This document shows positions 8,657-12,300 of a stretch of 12,300 nucleotides of DNA, one piece after another. Numbering within the stretch: position 1 is the first letter of the stretch; every line of letters begins with the position of its first letter. Both the position numbers and the translations under genes were made by a program. Source of the DNA: Gemmatimonadota bacterium (lineage in GTDB: Bacteria > Gemmatimonadota > Gemmatimonadetes > Gemmatimonadales > GWC2-71-9); assembly GCA_039588295.1 (NCBI GenBank), contig JBDHAB010000066.1, forward strand, positions 1 through 12,300, given 5' to 3'. The notes under the pieces were generated by a model. The model was not told the DNA's origin and did no database searches. It was given only the letters and a program-made list of their open reading frames with translations.

Positions 8657-10209
8657 GTCTTTTGCAGATTGATGTCCAGACCGTCCAGCACCGTCCGGCC
8701 AGGTTTCTGGACTGTCTGGACGGCGGTTTCACTTGATTCTCGCCGGGTGATCGTGATCAACCGCCTCCGTCTGGCGGTCTTCTCTTTCTCGAACGCGACG
8801 TCGACCCCAACCCGTCGGAGGCTCGCGGCAAGGCGTCTGAGATCACCTCCGAGCTGCCGAGGGCTCTTGGGCCACCCCCTCGACCGTTGCATCTGTTCGT
8901 CGGCCCGCTCGTTCAGGTCTGCAAGGAGCTCGGTTGCCGTTCCTGACCACGTCCGGTGCTCCTTTGCGATCTCGATGACATGGCGGGCAATGAGCGAGTC
9001 CTCGACGGCAGCTTCGATCGCTCCTTGCCGGTTGTCCCTGTAAGCGGCGAGGAATGACCCGGAAGGCCAATCGAGCGAGGGCTCTGCCGCACTGACCCAG
9101 ATGGCGAAATCCGCGAGGCGCGGGCAGAAGGGCAAGCTCGTCTCCTCGCGATGGGAAAGGGCGCACGACACCGCATCGAGCAGTGCGCCAAGGATCTGGG
9201 GCTGTGCCTGGTGGAAGTCCCGCCAGTATCCCCGCTCGTCCCGTCGATCAGAGTCGTGAATCGGTGGCAGCGTAATGAACAGTGCCCGGTCCCGGAGGTC
9301 GTCTCGCTCAATCGGATCGCCGATGCTATTCAGCACGATCGGGCGCATCGCATCGAACAGCACCTCGTCCTTGTCGGAGTACAACTCTCGAGTGGCAAAC
9401 CCGCCCCCGGTTGCGATGCGACACAGGGCATCTGATAGCCAGGCGGGTAGTCTGCCCAGGTTGTCGAATGACAGTATCCAGCCATTGTTGGCGGCTATCA
9501 TCAGATCGCGTTCGTCGCGCGGCACTGTGCGGAGGGGGCTGCTGTTTGGATCAACAAGGCTGCGGAGCGAGCGGGCGGTAGTGGATTTCGCGCTTCCCTG
9601 TTCACCCCCAAGCACTAGGATCGGATACGGACCGGTGGGATTCAGACTGCCAACCAGCCACGCTGTTGCCAGCTTGAAATCGTCATACGAATTCACATTC
9701 AGGAAATCTGCCAGCAAATCACATGTGCCACCGAGCTGCGGTGACGGCAGCGGTTCCATCCCTCGCGCGCGACGGAAGTAGACAGGGGGCCGCTCAACGG
9801 AACGCCACCCATGGCGAGTGACCTCGATGGCACGCCAGTCTGAGTCGCAGAGGTCGAGATACACCGTGTCACCGAGCTTCCCGATCCGATGAAACACATC
9901 GACCTTAGGCCCTGTATGATGGCCCTTGGCTGCAATCGTATTGACTGCTGCTGCCACGGCCTGCTGACTGGGCGCTTTACCCTCCATCCAGTAGAACTCG
10001 TTGATGAGCCAACGTTTGAAGCTGCACGACGCTACGGCCCGTACTTCGCGATGTCCTCCGACGTCGTACGCAGCGTACACCCCCTCGTGCCGATCAACGA
10101 CGAGCTCAACTGGCTCAGCCAGTTCGACCATCTGGGTCGCTTGGGACCTCTTCTCACGACTTCGTGCTTCCGCGCCGTACGCCGCCGCAATTGGAGCGAG
10201 GTCAGTCAT
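8653..10209 (-). CDS. P-loop NTPase, putative replication helicase/initiator of the element (518 aa)
   Basis: Walker A GEQGSAKST (9580-9606) preceded by GPYPILVL, Walker B-like ILSFDN, ATGGGFATRELYSD, IVLNSI, DLRDR, PRLADF, and a C-terminal winged-helix-like WSGTATELL...WPKSPRQLGGDLRR. ATG 10209 has AGGAG 7 nt upstream and is preferred over TTG 10239. Confidence 0.8.
   Translation of the reverse strand: MTDLAPIAAAYGAEARSREKRSQATQMVELAEPVELVVDRHEGVYAAYDVGGHREVRAVASCSFKRWLINEFYWMEGKAPSQQAVAAAVNTIAAKGHHTGPKVDVFHRIGKLGDTVYLDLCDSDWRAIEVTRHGWRSVERPPVYFRRARGMEPLPSPQLGGTCDLLADFLNVNSYDDFKLATAWLVGSLNPTGPYPILVLGGEQGSAKSTTARSLRSLVDPNSSPLRTVPRDERDLMIAANNGWILSFDNLGRLPAWLSDALCRIATGGGFATRELYSDKDEVLFDAMRPIVLNSIGDPIERDDLRDRALFITLPPIHDSDRRDERGYWRDFHQAQPQILGALLDAVSCALSHREETSLPFCPRLADFAIWVSAAEPSLDWPSGSFLAAYRDNRQGAIEAAVEDSLIARHVIEIAKEHRTWSGTATELLADLNERADEQMQRSRGWPKSPRQLGGDLRRLAASLRRVGVDVAFEKEKTARRRRLITITRRESSETAVQTVQKPGRTVLDGLDINLQKT
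8674..8723. repeat. Iteron-like GTCCAG repeats in inverted arrangement, putative replication origin
   Basis: GTCCAG at 8674 and 8683, GTCCGG at 8693, and inverted CTGGAC at 8707 and 8716. The arms 8674-8688 and 8707-8721 are 14/15 complementary. Confidence 0.6.
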
Positions 10210-10426
10210 GCCCTTGCTCCTGACGAAGTGCTGCCTCAATGATCTGTCGCGCTTCTTTCATGAAGGCGGCGTGCAACGGTGGTATGTGAGTGAATTCCTG
10301 CGCGTTGGCCTCTGCGCAGGCTGCTCGCCAGAGTGAGTCCATCGTAGTGGCGGTACGATTGCCCGCACGCATCTCCACTCTCCACGCCTGTAGAGCTGGA
10401 TACGTTGTCGGTCTCGAGAAGGTCAC
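10202..10426 (-). CDS. Small hypothetical helical protein (74 aa)
   Basis: The GTG start overlaps the upstream stop (GTGA) with GGAGG nearby, and its stop overlaps the ATPase start (ATGACTGA), so it is coupled at both ends. Confidence 0.55.
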   Translation of the reverse strand: MTFSRPTTYPALQAWRVEMRAGNRTATTMDSLWRAACAEANAQEFTHIPPLHAAFMKEARQIIEAALRQEQGHD

Positions 10427-10899
10427 TCATCCTCCACATCTGAAGTGGCTCTCGTGTTATCTCTACTTTGAGCGCCGTCTCCCTGTTTGGCGCTCGTTGA
10501 GACTCGTTCCTCAGGTAGGAGCAGGCCGAGCCTTTCTAGATAGGCGGCTTGCGTTTCGTAGACCGGCGGATCCCATTGGTCATCATCATATTCGTAGACG
10601 TAACTGCCGGGCGTGCCCCAGTAACTCCAGTCATCCCTTAGAGAGACGCCCTTGCCGCCGAGCCTTCTGCGTGGTTCACGGGCTTCATACCGCCACCATG
10701 CCCACGGCCGAGTCCCTGGGTGGCCCCTGATGTGCGCGCGCAAGAGTTCGTCGCGATGCTCGAGCCATGTGGCATGACGCCATTCATCGTCATCGCCGAA
10801 CCCTTCTCCAAAGTGGGCGTGTCCGCTTGAGAGTTCGTGAAAGTGCTGCTCCTCGAGTCGTCGCTTGCGGGCTTTCGGCTTCCGTCGTCTGCGTGGCAT
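10423..10899 (-). CDS. Hypothetical Trp-rich protein with basic N-terminus (158 aa)
   Basis: MPRRRRKPKARKRR N-terminus, HPGTRPWAWWRYE and YETQAAYLERLGLLLPEE. The ATG at 10899 lies 11 bp after the terS stop. Confidence 0.7.
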   Translation of the reverse strand: MPRRRRKPKARKRRLEEQHFHELSSGHAHFGEGFGDDDEWRHATWLEHRDELLRAHIRGHPGTRPWAWWRYEAREPRRRLGGKGVSLRDDWSYWGTPGSYVYEYDDDQWDPPVYETQAAYLERLGLLLPEERVSTSAKQGDGAQSRDNTRATSDVEDE

Positions 10900-10910
10900 G
10901 TCGGCTCTTT

Positions 10911-11231
10911 CTAGCAACGTCCAGGTGGTCGTCCTGGGGGACGCGGCGGTTCAACGTCAAGGTCCAATTCTCGAATCAGCCGTGCGAACGCAATCCGGCT
11001 GTCTCGCTCAATTGCTACCTCCGGTCGCACCCGTGGTTGTCCGAAGCGATCCGTGTACGTGAGTCCATCTTTGCCTAGTGCCCGGCGCGCCTGCTCACAT
11101 CGATCCCAGGCGGTCGCCGCCAGGGTCAGCAACCGAAGGTGATGAGCCTCGAGTTCGAACTCCTCGACGACTGTGGCCCACCATCGTCGGGTCCCGGGTC
11201 TCAGGTGTGCCGGTGGAGTTGGGTCAGCCAT
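10911..11231 (-). CDS. terS: Phage terminase small subunit, P27 family
   Basis: PTPPAHL...RRWWATVVEEF...LLTLAATAWDRCEQARRALGKDGLTYTDRFGQPRVRPEVAIERDSRIAFARLIRELDL follows the P27 TerS pattern (PPxxL..W..L..G...HP....LGL). ATG 11231; TTG 11237 is an alternative start. Confidence 0.85.
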   Translation of the reverse strand: MADPTPPAHLRPGTRRWWATVVEEFELEAHHLRLLTLAATAWDRCEQARRALGKDGLTYTDRFGQPRVRPEVAIERDSRIAFARLIRELDLDVEPPRPPGRPPGRC

Positions 11232-11252
11232 GTCCAAAGCAGCGATCTTGTT

Positions 11253-11717
11253 TCAACGGGGTACCATTTTGTGCACCTCGGGCTTGCCTCCGGTCCCGCT
11301 AATGGAGGTTGCCATGAGTTCGGGCCCCCTCATCCTGCAAGTAATCAATCCGCTGTTAACGGAGCATCTCCTGTGATGAAGGCCCGCCACGCCGTCCTCC
11401 AAGCTGACAGACTCACCGTACGAGAGTGGGCAGAGCCCTTCCGCCACCGCCCCTCGCGCTCGACCGCCCTGGAGTGCGCTGAGGCAGACGGCCAGACCCG
11501 CCATTCCCGCCGTCGGTGTCGGCTTCCGCACTGTCCTGCCCGTGGCCTTGCGTTCCGTGCCGACCTCGGTTAGAGCAACCAGAGCCACCAGCAGTGCTGC
11601 CCGGTGAATGAACTCGGATCCTCGCTGAGATTGAACTTGCGCGGCTGCGCTCACGAGTGTCCGTTCGACTCCGCTGAGGCACAAGTTGACACGCTCGTTG
11701 TGGGATGGGTCCAACAT
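11253..11717 (-). CDS. Putative ribbon-helix-helix (DUF1778/TacA-like) N-terminal domain protein, possibly degenerate
   Basis: ERVNLCLSGVERTLVSAAAQVQSQRGSEFIHRAALLVA resembles the RHH pattern ERxNLRLS..E..LI..AA......SEFI..AAL. AGGA lies 4 nt before the ATG. The C-terminal ~100 aa are unconvincing. Confidence 0.4.
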   Translation of the reverse strand: MLDPSHNERVNLCLSGVERTLVSAAAQVQSQRGSEFIHRAALLVALVALTEVGTERKATGRTVRKPTPTAGMAGLAVCLSALQGGRARGAVAEGLCPLSYGESVSLEDGVAGLHHRRCSVNSGLITCRMRGPELMATSISGTGGKPEVHKMVPR

Positions 11718-11853
11718 CTGTTCCTACTGGAATGGGTCAAACGAAACAGGCGCCCGCCGCTAGGAGTCAGCAAGAAAACTCTTGCGCCTAGTCAGCGTGC
11801 GCCTCGACGAAGGTACTCGAACCCGTCTGCTTGGCCGGGTACGAGTTTCTGTG

Positions 11854-11892
11854 TTACGGGTGGAATCTTGCGTGCCCGTAAGGATGTGTCAA
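11854..11892 (-). promoter_or_regulatory. Candidate sigma70 promoter for the minus-strand operon with overlapping inverted repeat
   Basis: Minus strand: TTGACA (11892-11887), 17 nt, AAGATT (11869-11864). The inverted repeat TTACGGG-N14-CCCGTAA (11854-11881) brackets the -10. Confidence 0.45.
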
Positions 11893-12300
11893 TACCGATT
11901 GGTGCTTCGTGTTAACGCGGAGCCACAGGAGGCCCCGTGCCGTTTCGTTGCGGTCGGTCCGAGCGCGTCCCTCTGTTAGCCTCGCTCCAACCCAATCCGC
12001 GAGGGATCGATGGACTGGCCCAGACCCCGATCTGGCCAGCTTCACACGCACGGTGCCCTGAAGCTTGCGACGGGATGCTCAAATGGTTTCTTGACTACGG
12101 TGAAGACCCTCCCGACCTTCGACGTAGGGGGGAACGCCGCCCCCGCGCAAGAGTTGCGGGCACAGCCTCCGGGGCGCAGCTTAGTCGCTGACCGTTCTAT
12201 GAGAGCGATTGTCAAGGGCGGACTTCGTCGTCGCTGATTCCTTGGTCCTCTTCCCCTGGGCAACCAGCCCCGACTGCTGCGAGGGCGAGGCTGTGCGGTG

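Larger units (their letters stand above)
6165..12300 (-). mobile_element. tRNA-Met-integrated element, PICI-like phage satellite or defective prophage; right end not in window
   Basis: A tyrosine integrase abuts the tRNA 3' end, the coding strand switches, and the sequence is visibly less GC-rich than the host cluster. Gene set: int, three HTH, replication ATPase, TerS. No direct repeat of the tRNA 3' end was found in the window. Confidence 0.85.

Noticed and set aside
10236..10439. 67-aa alternative minus-strand ORF
   Set aside because: It competes with 10202-10426, which has better coupling at both ends and more protein-like composition.
7973..11770. 10-mer TAGGAGTCAG occurring at 7973 and 11761
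   Set aside because: Some 10-bp matches are expected by chance within 6 kb, and nothing else supports a function.
11805..11824. Minus-strand GGGTTCGAGTACCTTCGTCG resembles the tRNA 3' part GGGTTCGAGTCCCTCCTCCG (16/20), a possible second att site
   Set aside because: It is inverted relative to the tRNA, whereas att duplications are direct repeats. It is also imperfect and has no surrounding cloverleaf.

Overview
The window has two parts. Bases 1-6164 are a GC-rich host housekeeping cluster on the + strand: nnr (5'-truncated), a secreted beta-propeller-like hypothetical protein, thiL, a PlsC-type acyltransferase, eno, ftsB and an elongator tRNA-Met(CAT). The gene order is reminiscent of Gemmatimonadota, which is an inference only. 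From the tRNA 3' end (~6165) to beyond the right edge lies an integrated mobile element with all credible genes on the - strand. In transcription order they are an RHH-like ORF, a P27-type terminase small subunit, a Trp-rich hypothetical protein, a 74-aa ORF, a P-loop replication ATPase with an iteron-like inverted repeat in its 3' end, an HTH, an orphan ORF, a second HTH, an XRE-type HTH and a tyrosine integrase. With TerS but no TerL, portal, capsid or tail gene visible, it looks like a PICI-like phage satellite, although its right end is outside the window. The integrase has two non-canonical catalytic positions (HDLC for HxxR, and R for H/W). Its 3' end also encodes a likely tRNA terminator, an IHF-like site and arm-type repeats, and its stop codon is the last three bases of the tRNA. 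The XRE-int pair appears to be transcribed as a leaderless mRNA from a promoter with a palindromic operator. All calls come from reading motifs by eye; no database searches were run.
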